Shown: positions 11,006 through 23,689, numbered from the whole stretch's first letter. The stretch is 61,125 bases of DNA, filler included, from Gonapodya sp. JEL0774 (GCA_027604505.1; 14 parts of 14 records of this genome joined end to end with filler, not necessarily neighbours in it); one strand, 5' to 3'. Program-made: numbers and translations. The notes: generated by a model not told the origin, from the sequence alone.

Positions 11006-13062
11006 CTATCCGAGTTGGTTCAGCGCTGCAGCTGCAGGGTGGCCGTGTTCCGCTGCCTTCCCGTACCACGCAAGTGCCGTTCTCGCATCCCTCTCCACGC
11101 CCTGCCCGTAATCGTAACAGACACCAAGGTTGCCCATTGCTAGTGCATCGCCCTGGTCCGCTGCCTTCCTGAACCACGCGACTGCCATGCTCTGGTTTTT
11201 CTCCACACCCCGCCCGCTTTTGTAGCAGAGACCGAGGTTGTACTGCGCTATCGCGTGGCCCTGTTCTGCCGCCTTCCTGTACCACACGACTGCCGTTCTG
11301 TCGTCTTTCTCCACGCCCTGCCCGTTCTTGTAGCAGACACCAAGGTTGCACTGAGCTTTTGCGTTCCCCTGGTCCGCCGCCTTCCTGTACCACGCGGCTG
11401 CAGTTCTCTCGTCTCTCTCCACACCCTGTCCGTTCTTGTAGCAGACACCGAGGTTGTACTGCGCATCTGCGTCACCCTGGTCCGCCGCCTTCCTGTACCA
11501 CACGACTGCCGTTCTCTCGTCCTTTGCCACACCCTGCCCTTTATCGTAGCAGACACCGAGGTTGCACTGCGCTTTTGCGTTGCCCTGCTCCGCCGCCTTC
11601 CTGTACCACGCGGCTGACGTTCTCACGTCCTTCTCCACGCCCTGCCCATTATTGTAGCACACACCGAGGTTATTCTGCGCATTTGCGTTTCCCTGGTCCG
11701 CCGCCTTCCTGTACCACACGACTGCCATTCTCTCGTCTTTCTCCACGCCTTGCCCATTATTCCAGCACACACCGAGGTTGTTCTGCGCAGTTGCGTGGCC
11801 CTGGTCCGCCGCCTTCCTATACCACGCAACTGCCTTTCTCTCGTCCTTCTCCACGCCCTGCCCATTACTGTAGCACACACCGAGTTTGTGCTGCGCATCT
11901 ACATTGCCCTGGCTTGCGGCCTTCCTGAAACACGCGACTGCCGTTTTCTCCTCCTTCTCCACACGTTGTCCGATGCAGTAGTGGACACCGAGGTCATACT
12001 GTGCTAGCGCGTAGCCCTGGTCCGCAGACTTCCTGTACCATGTGACTGCCGTTCTATCGTCCTTCTCCACGCCCCATCCGTTATCGTAGCACACACCTAG
12101 GCTGTACTGCGCATATGCGTTGCCCTGGTCCGCCGCCTTCCTGTACCATGTGACTGCAATTCTCTCATCCTTCTCCACGCCCTGCCCGTTCCTGTAGTTG
12201 AGAGCTAAATTGTACTGCGCTTCTGCGCTGCCTTGGTCCGCCGCCTTCCTGAACCACGCGACTGCCGCTCTCTCGTCTTTCTCAACACCCTGCCCATTAT
12301 TGTAGCAAACACCGAGGTTGTTCTGCGCATTTGGGTTGCCCTGGTCCGCGGCCTTCCTGTACCAAGCGACTGCCTTTCTCTCGTCCTTCTCCACGCTCTG
12401 CCCGTTACTGTAGCACACACCGAGCTTGTGTTGCGCATCTGCGTTACCCTGGTCCGCCGCCTTCCTGAACCAGTTGACTGCCATACTGTCGTCCTTCTCC
12501 ACACCCTGCCCGTTATTGTAGCAGACACCGAGGATGTACTGTGCCAACGCGTAGCCCTGGTCTGCTGCCTTCCTGTACCACGCGACTGCCGTTCTCTCGT
12601 CGTTGTCCACACCCCACCCGTTCTTGTAGCAGTCACCGAGGTCATACTGGGCCAACACGTAGCCCTGGTCCGCCGCCTTGCTGTACCATGCGACTGCCAT
12701 TCTCTTATCGTTCTCCACGCCCCACAACCCGATGTTGTAGTAAACACCGAGGTTGTATTGTGCCAACACGTAGCCCTGGTCCGCCGCTTTCCTGAACCAC
12801 GTGGCTGCCGTTCTTGTGTCCAACAACACGCCCTGCCCAGTATGGTAGCAGACACCCAGGTTGTACTGCGCATCTGCGTGCCCCTGGTCCGCTGCCTTCC
12901 TGAACCACGTGACTGCGATTCTCTCATCTTTCTCCACGCCACGCCCGTTCTTGTAGCAGACACCGAGGTTGTACTGCGCTTTTGAGTTGCCCTGGTCCGC
13001 CGCCTTCCTGAACCACGCGACTGCTGTTCTCGCGTCCTTCTCCACACCCTGCCCAATGCGGT
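11006..13062 (-). CDS. Sel1-like repeat (SLR) protein, 18 complete 36-aa repeats plus a partial one, intronless, 5'-truncated
   Basis: Repeated AQYNLGVCYxNGQGVEKDERxAVxWYRKAADQG with 108-bp DNA periodicity. Confidence 0.96.
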
Positions 13063-13165
13063 NNNNNNNNNNNNNNNNNNNNNNNNNNNNNNNNNNNNNN
13101 NNNNNNTTAATTAATTAANNNNNNNNNNNNNNNNNNNNNNNNNNNNNNNNNNNNNNNNNNNNACC

Positions 13166-16100
13166 ATGTCTCGCCATCGCACGCTCAAGAACGACTTACG
13201 AACTGGAGGTGAGATCTTATGGACGATTTTCGTGGTCGGTGGTAGTGTTCGCCAAGTCTAAAAACACTTGCGGTCACAACTCCGCGGGCGAATGCAAAGC
13301 TTACGATGACGATGACTACGACTACTCTGAGGAAGAAGACGATGATGCCGAGGACTTGATCGAGGAAGATGCTGCACGAGGTGAGCTGCCTCTGTCCTCA
13401 TTTGCTGTTCCGGATCTTGTTCCCTTACGAGTTTTCGGGCGATCGTCATCCTCACTTCAGCGGTGAGGGCGGTGAAAGAAGTTATCGGAAACACGACTCT
13501 CGACAGCGTCGTGAGGGATGCCCTGGACAAACACGAGTGGAACGTGGAGGCGGCTGTGAACGAGCTGCTGAATCTGCAAGCTGCCTCCGCCCCAAGCAAA
13601 CAGCCGGTCTCGGCACAGAAGCCTGCGCCTTTTCCAGCTCTGTCGAAAGGTGAGCATATCAGGAAGCGAAAAAGAGAGTTCTGGACGCTTTATAGGATGT
13701 GAGATGAGGGGTGGCACGACTGCACGTGCATTGCTCACTGTCAAAGGGCATCGAAATGAGGGTCGCTAGGAAGACAGATTGATGGATCACCTGCTGGATA
13801 TACACACTCCAATTTCCCACCACCATTCCACACCAAGCGCCATGGTCGTCTACCGTCTCCGGCTCCCCACTCAACAAACCCTCACCCCTCCTCGCCCCTG
13901 CAACGAAAAGTCTCCTTCCTCCAGCTCAGCCTCTCGGTGGAGCAGAACGTGCTAATCCACTGCTGCCACCGGCTTCGGGGAGCATGGGTCCTCCAAAAAA
14001 GCCTCTGCTCGCTCCTGCTCCCGCCACGTTGCAGTTCGGCTTGATGGCACGGCCAGCTGGCGCTGGCAGATCTTTACAGCCCAAACCTCTGATTCAACTT
14101 GGGCTGGGCCCGAAGTCTGGAGCAGCAACAACAGGAACAAGCCCTACATTGGCGGAGATTGCTTTCAAGAAGAGCCCCATGGGAACTCCGGCAGTTACCA
14201 TCGCCAAAGAAGTCAAGACAAGCGCTTCACCTTCAGCCGACTCGAACATACCTTCAAAAGCCACACCGACGGCCTCCATCGCCATTCCCACCCCGCCCCT
14301 TTCACAGTCCGCATCTCCTCTCCTGAGCTCACCGTCGTCCTTCGCACTCTTCCTTGCCACCCCAACTACAACCCCTCCTCCCCCGTCTCTCGTCTCCACG
14401 GTGATTGCTATTCGGCCAACTTCAGTGGAACTCCCGCCGAATATCACGCCATTCACATTCTCGGACCCCAGTAGAGACGATGTCGTCGCAGCAGCGAGGG
14501 CTGGCAAGGGATTGCCCGCGCATTCAAAGGACGGGGGTCGGTTTCCCGTATTGAAGGTCCCTAGGACGAGTGATAAACCTCACCCACTTGCTTTCACCGG
14601 CCCACCCCATCATATGCAGCTCCTCTCACCCTTTCCAAACCTTCAAAACCTCCCTCCACTTCTGCCCCACAATCAAAAACAGGACCCACATCTAGCAAAC
14701 TCTCCTCTGCTACTTCCAAGAAGCCTTTGATCTCTCAAAAGAATAACTCCTCCAACAACCTACTTTCAGACGACCTCGCTGCCATGGGTCTTCCGCAACC
14801 GCGACCCAGTCCTGGCGGAGCTTCCACACCACCTGATACAGCACCAACTGCTGCCCTCAATCCTTTACAACCCTCAACAGCCTCGCTGATTCCCCCTCCA
14901 GCCAAATCTTACCGCCGTATTGACGTACCCAAGGAGTTGGCAAAAAAAACTACAGAAACAGGTCACAAGGATCATTTATCTGTTGTCGTTGTCGGTCATG
15001 TCGATGCGGGAAAATCAACTCTGATGGGACACGTCTTGGTGTTGACGTGAGTTGCGATTGAACTAGTTGGATTATTGCAAATTTGTCTGTCACGCTGGGA
15101 ACTCAAAGATCTCGTGTCCGGCAATAAAAAGCGGGGAAGTCGATTCCAAAACGTTTCAGAAGAACTCCCGTGAGTCTGCCCAAGCCGGCAAATCGTCCTT
15201 TGCTTTTGCATGGGTCTTGGACGAAGACAGTGTTGAGAGGGCACGGGGTGTGACGACGGATGTGGCTGTGAGAGGTTTCGAAACAGAGAAGAGGCGGTTT
15301 ACGCTGCTAGACGCGCCGGGCCACAAAGACTTTGTTCCGAAGATGTTAGGTGGAGCGGCCCAGGTGGGTGTGGTGTTTGCTGGAGGGGACGAGGGAGGGC
15401 TATGACAACACACTAATATGTTATGCCAGGCCGATGTTGCTGTCCTTGTCGTAGACGGAATCCGAGGCGAGTTTGAAAGCGGATTCCAGCAAGGCGGTCA
15501 GACACGGGAACATGTGCTGCTGGTTCGGAGCCTGGGAGTGTCGCAGATTCTCGTGTGCGTCAATAAAATGGACGCAGTGAGTTTCGTCATTTGGTCTCCA
15601 GTTCTTGCGAACCCTCACACACGTGCTGCTGTGCATATGCAGGAAGCTTGGTCCAAGTCCCGGTATGATCAGATCGTGAAAGAGCTGGAACCATTTCTTT
15701 TGCAAGCAGGTTTTCTCAAGTCACGCATATCTTTTGTGCCATGCAGTGGTTTGTTTCAACTTGCTTGAAGCCTGTGTCAGCATGCTTCTGACACTAACCT
15801 CTACAACTCATTCGCCAACACCTGCTCCTCTCCGCAGGTTTTACAGGCGAGAATATTCAAACTCGCTCCGATCCGACGCTTTCCTCTTGGTACAGTGGTC
15901 CAACTTTCCTTGAGTTTCTCGACCAATTTCAAGTCCCTCCTCGCCCGGTGGATCGCCCGTTCCGTCTCTCGGTTGTCGACGCGTTCAAAAGCTCTTTTGG
16001 GTCATCTGTAGTGGTTACGGGAAAAGTTTTGTCAGGGCATGTTCAAATTGGACAAGCGGTATTGGCAATGCCAAATGGTGAAGGAGCGACCATAAAATGT

Positions 16101-16684
16101 GGGTTGTTGGGGGATTGTATTAGTGATTTATCGATGGTACGGCTGACCATATTGGGTCTCTTAGCCATACAAGTATCTGACGATAACGTCGACTGGGCTG
16201 CAGCGGGTGATAATGTGGTGCTGAGCTTAGCTGGGATCGAACTCAACCAGATAGGGTTCGTTGAAGAAACTTCTGCTACTGCGGTGTCACTTCCCATTAA
16301 TTTTTGTCTTTCTGTAGCATTGGACACGTTCTATGCGATCCAGTAAAGCCCGTTTCTATAGCGTCTACTTTCCTCACTCAAATCGTTGTCTTTGATACCC
16401 CGATTCCCATCACCGCTGGTTTCCGCTCGATACTACATCATCAGAGCACATCGGAGCAAGTGACTGTGTCGAAGCTCGTGTCGGTTATTGACAAAGCCAC
16501 TGGTGAAGCAACGTCGAAAAAGCCCAGGAGAATACCCAGAAACGCAACCGCAACGGTGGAACTCAAAGTAGATAGGGCACTTTGTGTCGAGGCGTTCAAG
16601 GACTCGAAGGATCTGGGTCGATTCACTCTGCGACATGAAGGAGTGACAATTGCTGCTGGCATTATAATACAAGTGATTTCGTGA
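13166..16684 (+). CDS. HBS1: Hbs1 translational GTPase (eRF3/EF1A family), multi-intron
   Basis: N-terminal MSRHR..YDDDDY, UBA-like HBS1_N region and long low-complexity linker. G-domain motifs [30 protein letters not shown] and VNKMD; ends [16 protein letters not shown]. Confidence 0.92.
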
Positions 16685-16940
16685 ATGAGACTGGAACGGA
16701 GGACTTACTCTATAATGATCTCAACGTCCATCTTGTAGCACTGATTGCACTAATAACACCAGTACTATCCGCGTGTCCATTTGAATTATACTCTTGACAC
16801 AGTGATAAATTATTTAGGCGAAAAGGTGAAAACGTGTTGATCAGTGGAGCTAAATCGGACCAAGTGCGGAAGCTCCATGCTATGTACGACCATTTTTTGG
16901 TGATGCAAAATGTACATATACGATAGTCTACTGGCAAATT

Positions 16941-17448
16941 CTACAGTTCATCTGTGGGGAGTAAAATTGGTATGGAAGTCAAGGTCAATTCAAATTCGTT
17001 TGAGCCACAGAAACACCAGCATCGCCAAGTTGATTCTCACCATGAGACGGCGATTCATCATCCTCTCCGGACGACCCTCCCCCAGAGCCGTAAAGCTTTT
17101 GTGTGATCGGGTTCACAACAGCTTCGACTTCCGTTTTCTGCTCATCCAGGTCCTCCTTAGTTGCTGATGCTCCATTGGCATCAAGCCAATCGAGTTTCTC
17201 CTTCACGATGTCGCTAATAGTCTTTTTGTCGTCTTCATCCAGTTTCTTGCCGAGTTCGTCGGCAAGTTGGTTCTTCAGGGTGTAAAGGTAGTTTTCAAGG
17301 GAATTTTTGGCTTCGATCCGCTCCTTCACCGCCTTGTCCTCATCGGCAAACTGTTCAGCTTCCTGAAATCGGAATGTACGTTTACGTTTAAAGCATATCC
17401 GAGTTATGAATTCACATCAGGCTCGACTCTTGGAGATGACAACTCACC
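16941..17448 (-). CDS. KAR2: ER Hsp70 BiP/Kar2, 3' end (5'-truncated)
   Basis: EAEQFADEDKAVKERIEAKNSLENY..EVEAVVNPITQKLYG. Splicing of intron 16952-17040 yields C-terminal HDEL*. Confidence 0.92.
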
Positions 17449-17548
17449 NNNNNNNNNNNNNNNNNNNNNNNNNNNNNNNNNNNNNNNNNNNNTTAATTAA
17501 TTAANNNNNNNNNNNNNNNNNNNNNNNNNNNNNNNNNNNNNNNNNNNN

Positions 17549-19820
17549 AATGCTGATAGTAGTTCTGTGAGCAAATCAGTGTTGTCCTCTTCCACGGCCA
17601 GACATTGACACCGAGAGTCACGTTTCTGTTGAGTTTTTTAAACCTGCAGGGGCGGCCGCGGATGTCCGTGGGTAGTGTGGGTTCAACTTTTCAGTGGTAT
17701 TTGACTTACGTGGACGTTTTTGCAACTGGGCCCGTCAGGCTGGCCAAAGACTTTCAGTACAAGTTGGAGTTCCTCTGCTCTGGCTGCGGCTGATCCCCTG
17801 TACAACTACTTCATCTCTGGAGGCATATCTACCGGAAATTTTTTCTTCACGTCGCATACGTTCACTGTGAGACTAGTGTGGATGAGGAGTTAGTTTTTGG
17901 TGTGCGTTCTTTTGATAGTTGTCAAACCTGCGCGATTGATCTCTCTCGCAGCACGAGAACATGGATAACACCTCCTCGAGTGATATTGATAACGAACTCA
18001 AAGTGAACGTGAAAATGGCTGGATCAGGATATTTGAATCTCATCGGTAGCGCTTGGTGGTCATCGCGCTCCATGGTGACACCACAGATCAGTGGTCTGCA
18101 CAACGGTACGTTGATTACCCCATTCTCAAGCCACTCACCGTTCATGACGCGATTTATTGTTTATTTGTGAGTGCAGAGTTCGCCCTCAGCACCTTGACAG
18201 CGAATGGAATCACGGCCATTGTCGGCGACAATTCTCGTCCCGCCATATCGGACTCTGCAAACCCGTATGACTTTTGGGTCACGACAACGACTACATCCAA
18301 CTATAATGGATACACTGTCGTTCCTCGCTGGCCTTGCCATGTGTACTACCATTGGTGAGTCCTCCCAATCGATACAATTTGACGCGAATTAACTCAAACC
18401 TACTGCAATCTGTGACGGTAGCACCAAACCCAATGAGATTGAGTACATTTATAATGGCTTGTATAATGCCGTGAGTTTGAATTTACTGTTACTTGGTTTT
18501 GTAGCGATTGCCGTTATGTTCAATTTATTATGTCCTTTGAAATCTAGACTCTAGGGATCTCGACTTGGTCTGACATTCTTCAACGGGAAAAAGATCGGGT
18601 ACTTTTGCTCCTTTTGGGAATCCGGCATGACCCAACGGTCGGTAGTGACGTTTAGCATTCACTGATTCGAATTCTGTCCGCACTCATTCGATTCACTCCT
18701 TGTCCACCATGCACATCCAGATGTTTCATCAAGCAAACTTGCGTAATGCAGATATGCCATCGGTAACTGTTGCTGGAGTCACCGGGAACCTCGGTCTCCT
18801 GCAACAGTGGATAGAAACTGTTTTCTCTGGTTACACGGCTCTTGTGAACTGGCCTGTCAGATCGCTGGTAAGTAGCCGTATTGTATACCATGGATTTGAG
18901 CTGAAAAGTCAGTCAAACCGGTTGTCTTTGCAGAAAGGCGACGATTTGGCTCAGGTATATAGAGAGCGAAACTCTCGTAACACGTGTGGTGCCGCGACGT
19001 TCTACGATCTCGTCATCTCTGCGACTGGACGTGCTTCAGTGTCTACGATACGAGTCACAAGTACAGGCACTTGCAAAGTTCCAGTGACCCTTCCAGCAGG
19101 GGTGACCATTTCGTCAGGTCAGACTGTCGAGAAGTTTGGAGATGATTTTCCGGTAAGTCAAATGCTCAAAAGTCAGTTTGCTGCGGCTTTTAGGTTGTTT
19201 TGACCATTTTTTCGCTTCGCACTGCTGAATTCCCATAACGTTCATCTAGACTGTTTGGGTAGATGCTGTTCCCGGCTCCACTCAAATCATAACATTTATC
19301 CCAGCTATTACATTGTGAGGCAATTGCGCTTCACCGGATGGGTTAATCCTGGCTCCTCACTCGTTCCACCATTCATTCCTAGTGCGGTGTCTCCCAGCAG
19401 GATCACAACAACCTCAACCTCCACGATCTCCTCGACAACAAGGAGCGCTCTGACCACATCGACGAGGATGGCGAACACAACAACCGCTTTGAGTACAACT
19501 ATCTCAATGCCGAGCGGGTAGTACGTTGGAAATTGTCATTGTTGTTCCTCCCGTGTTTACCAATAATGTGTGCCTCTCGTCATTTTGCGGGACTCATAGC
19601 TCCTCTTCAACAAGCTCCAGAACATCCACGCTGCTGTCGACGTTTCAGAGTACAATTTCTGGTCGTACTCTTACAAGTACAACAAGGTGAGTGCGTGAGG
19701 TGTCACGCTAGCCGTCTCTCTGGCTCTGAAGATTTGCATACGTTCGCATCACCCAGGAGTAGTACAACAAGAAAACCATCAAGCACTACCACTAGTCGCC
19801 GTACGCGGCGTACCGTCTGA
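17549..19820 (+). CDS. Agd3-like (CE18) polysaccharide deacetylase with Ser/Thr-rich C-terminus, 5'-truncated, multi-intron
   Basis: Spliced motifs SHTFT|HENMDN, VTPQISGLHN, NGITAIVGDNSRP, VVPRWPCHVYY, MFHQANLRNAD and LLQQWIETV..VNWPVRSL resemble Aspergillus Agd3. 3' end approximate. Confidence 0.75.
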
Positions 19821-20533
19821 GAGCACTTCACCAATAACAATTCATTCTCTCCGATTGAACACGCATCATATAGTTCTTTCAAGTCTTCAGTGAATCAGTC
19901 TAATCTACCAGTACTTGCAAATGCATATATCATAATAACTACCAGATAATAATACCCACCATTACGGTGTCTTCTTCTTCAAACGGTTACGTGTGAGCTT
20001 TTGTTGCCTTGGTATCTTGCAACCACATGTACCGTTTGTCCTGTTATTGCCTCTCCTAGCTATTTCCATTTTCGCCCTCCAGTTCCCGCCACTGGGTCAT
20101 ATCTACGTATCGACATGTGTGGTCGTTGCCGGATGCAAGCGTCAAAGTGACTATGTTGTATCGGTGTAAGCAAAGTTGCATGCCTTGGTTGGGCTGAGCA
20201 TGATCAGCTCGTCCTCTGGCGACTTCACTAACAAAATTTCAAAGACTACTCTCCTACTCTCGGTCTCAATTTATCTTGCAGCCTCGACGTTAGAGACCAG
20301 CGAGATATGCATGTAAGCACAAGCGTAAGGTTTGTCAGTCCCGTAATTGGTGATTTATATAAGGTGTCTCAGACTCACAAATGGAAGGCCTGACATGTTA
20401 CAAGTCATCATGATATTTTTGTGTCGAACGGAGTTTGGGTTGAGACCTTTTTGCGGATGCACAAGCGCCGCTTTCATGTGTCTCGATCACCTCCGATCAG
20501 TTCACGATATCGATTGCTTCCAACGATACAAAC

Positions 20534-21257
20534 ATGGAGACACACGAACACTACATGCGACTCGCCATGGAGGAGGCAAAGGGAAACCCGGAGGTCAGCT
20601 GAACTGGCCTGGCTTGTGCTTTGTTTCATGTTGTCGGGCCAAGAGCGCAACTCATCGCTTTTCCCACAAAGATGCCATTCGGCTGTGTCATTGTCGACTA
20701 TACAACTGGAGAAGTCATCGCCAGAAGCTTCAATAAATCTTATGAGGATCCGACATCGCATGGGTGAGGTTCAGTTCTTTCAGGACGAACACTGTCTGGA
20801 TGACAATCAGGAGTTGTTTTGCGATTCAGGGAAACTCAGTGTATCAGAGAGCTCATTGACGCGAGAAAGGTGAGCATTCAATGTTGATGCAGGTAAAATA
20901 TCAACTTTCACTATGTCGTCAATACTCAGGGCAACCTTCCAAAATTCGAGAACCTTGTTCTCTATACGACAGGAGAGCCCTGTGCTATGTGTTCTGGAAT
21001 GATAATGTGGGTATCTCCGCTATGAAGGCAATATTGGCGCCCGGATTCAGCCCACGTGCGCCTTCAGATACTGCAAATTCAAAGAAGTAGTGTTTGGCGT
21101 ATCTCTCGAGTGGATGACATCGCGAGGGCACATCATCATTCCCATTCATACCTTGGAGATATTCGATCGGACCAAAGATGGGTGGAAGCCTTCGCTGGTT
21201 GGGCCTTTGCTGGAAGATGAAATGACTGGGCCTGGAGGCATTTTCGAGAAGTGGTGA
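20534..21257 (+). CDS. Zn-dependent cytidine/guanine/adenosine deaminase superfamily protein (5 exons; not seen as one ORF)
   Basis: Spliced reading: METHEHYMRLAMEEA..PFGCVIVD..GEVIARSFN..DPTSHG|ETQCIR..LVLYTTGEPCAMCSGMI|IYCKFKEVVFGVS..EKW*. HxE and PCxxC motifs intact. Confidence 0.85.
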
Positions 21258-21395
21258 ACTCAAGGCTGCGAGTATTATGCATACTGCATACGTAGAAGAC
21301 TTGGAAATGCTTTCTAGGTCAATTATACGTACTATTACAGACACTGAAGTTTAACCTACGATTGATTTGGCGCTCGAAACAAAAGTTTCTGGTGA

Positions 21396-21833
21396 TCACA
21401 AATGCGTCTTAACTCCTCTCTCAGACCTTTCAGCCATGTGTTCGGTATTTTCTTGCGCTCGAGACGTCTGCACTTCTTCAAGTCCCACAGACGCGATCTG
21501 CTTCTCTGAAGCTCCCTCTTCGACACCAATCATTGCCAGCACTCTCATGAGCTCCCAGTTTCCTTTCCACCAGCCGTTCGGGTCTTCTCTTTCCGACTTC
21601 AGATTCTCGCGGTTCTTGCTCTCTTCAAACCCGACCTGCAGTCTGGGCGGCTCATTCACGATGCTCTTCCCCACCCACACCCTCTTTCTCCAATCTGTCT
21701 CCTGTGCAAGTTCCATCACTGGAGTGAACCTCATTTGATCCCTCCTGATACCCACCACGACCGCCTCATCCGAATCGTTGACCCCTTGCTCTTCCAGCCA
21801 CGACACCGCACTCGCGGCCATTCGCACCGCTCT
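21396..21833 (-). CDS. 6-phosphofructokinase, C-terminal fragment
   Basis: RMAASAVSWLE..AVVVGIRRDQMRFTPVMELAQETDWRKR..WW..LMRVLA matches the eukaryotic PFK C-terminus. 5'-truncated by contig end. Confidence 0.7.
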   Translation of the reverse strand, partial: RAVRMAASAVSWLEEQGVNDSDEAVVVGIRRDQMRFTPVMELAQETDWRKRVWVGKSIVNEPPRLQVGFEESKNRENLKSEREDPNGWWKGNWELMRVLAMIGVEEGASEKQIASVGLEEVQTSRAQENTEHMAERSERGVKTHL

Positions 21834-22103
21834 NNNNNNNNNNNNNNNNNNNNNNNNNNNNNNNNNNNNNNNNNNNNTTAATTAATTAANNNNNNNNNNN
21901 NNNNNNNNNNNNNNNNNNNNNNNNNNNNNNNNNATCAGCAGTGACAGATGCATATACTGGGAATGTCATTGGCTTGATTAGTGAAGATGAGAGCACCAAA
22001 AGTGATCTTCGGAGAACAAAAGATCAGGCTGAACAGGAGATTAAAGGAGCAGTTGTGGAAGAAACAACTGAGATTGATGGGAATATGGTGAGAAGTCCAG
22101 GTT

Positions 22104-23236
22104 GTGTCTTGTCATAATTTAATTACCTGCTCTTTCCGTTGTCTCCAAAAGCAATCACTGTCCACACGAAGCTCTCAGCGTAGCTACAAGCCTCCATTTC
22201 ATGTGCAAGCCAATCTTGTGAACTCTTCCAAAATTAGTCTATTCCTGTTTGAGTCTCAGTATGGAGGGAGGCTTGTTCATCGGAATTCATGTCACTCCGA
22301 CACTATGCTCAGCACGTTTCTATTGTGGCTGCGTGGAGCACCCAATGCAGCTGTTGTAGAAAGCATCAAACTTTGCTCAGATCTCTCAAAGCACATGCTT
22401 GAGTTACTGGGTACTCTCTCTATGCAACCTACACAGAAGCAACTAGCTGATGTCAAGCATGTGTCATATGATGGAATTTCATATGACCAGAACAGGGCAT
22501 TCTTGATGATGCAGACTGAAGATTATTATTGGTGAGTTGTAATGAGCTTTATGGAAACAGACCAGTCACCATGCAGCTTATACCATTATGCAGGTGCTCT
22601 GAGCATGAAATGATTGTTGATAAAAGCATGGCAAAACAGAGAACCCGATCCCATGTCTTTTTGTCTTCAAACAGGGCAGCAAAGAGCACAAAATGTGTTG
22701 ATAAATGCATCAAACTTGAAGATTGGTATTCCCTGAGTATTGCACCAGGGAAACCAAATGATGAAACCCCAATGTGCCCCATCTGCAATTCAACAGATTT
22801 GGTTGTCGCCCTTCGCAACCATAAGACAACACCCCTCTTGTTTGCATTAGACATTGATGCACCTCGAGTGAAGGCACCAAATTTACAACCAGATTTACCA
22901 CCAGATGTTATTGAGATTAAAGAGAGATCTTCAAGAGCTTGGATTAAACCAATTGTCCCAATGATGATAAAACTACCCACCATGCAGTCTGGTGGAGAAA
23001 CTGTTCAAACTCCATACCAGCTTCTTTCAATCATTTATGGAACTGGGGCTCACTGGACAGCACGCTTTATTACCAAAGACTTTGAGATATATTCCTACGA
23101 TGACCTTTCTAATGTTGGTATTGCCAGCAAGGAGAAGAGCAAGGCTGCTGGCCATTTAAGTTGGGCCATGCACAGGGACTCAGATGAGCGAGCTATGTTT
23201 ATTGTATATGTCAGGTGTTCAGGTCAGCGTTCATAA
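22104..23236 (+). CDS. USP/papain-like cysteine peptidase-like protein (spliced or decayed)
   Basis: Cys box NSCHSD, CxC and CPIC Zn-finger motifs, and His/Asp box YQLLSIIYGTGAHWTARF..YSYDD. Two overlapping ORFs with a GTGAGT donor near 22532. Confidence 0.5.
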
Positions 23237-23689
23237 ATGTACAACCAGTGCCTGCAACAGTGATCCGCATTATTCTTCCAATTGGTGCAAGCATATGAAA
23301 GGGAGGACCCCAAGTGGATAATAAATAACTTGATTGCCACAATGACCACCACTTCCACCATCAGGTAGTTGGGCATGAGGGTATGTTGTGACTGGAGTGT
23401 CTTCGCCCATTTAGCACTGCCTCCTTGATTTCTTGACTATTTTCCATATTCTCTATCCTTGCAAGTGCAACTGCCCATTCATCGTGGACTTTGAATATGA
23501 CTTGGATGCAGATTCCAACAGGGGATGGACCTTCTCCTGACATGAGCCTGAAGCAAATTTGTTCTGGTTGCTGTGATTGCTGGACAAACTATAATGGGAT
23601 CCATTGCATCAAGGATCTGTATACGGAACTCTGTACTGCAAGGACTAAACGTGAGAGATACTAGCTGCCACGGATGTTTGTGCTTGCCA

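Noticed and set aside
11006..13062. Periodic repeats as a possible CRISPR-like array, and the many overlapping ORFs in other frames
   Set aside because: The 108-bp period is fully explained by in-frame Sel1 coding repeats, with no unique spacers. The other ORFs are shadows of a GC-rich repeat.
19900..20400. Possible small spliced minus-strand gene (MSGLPF|..YDPVAGTGGRKWK*)
   Set aside because: Could not build a consistent exon chain or recognise a family.
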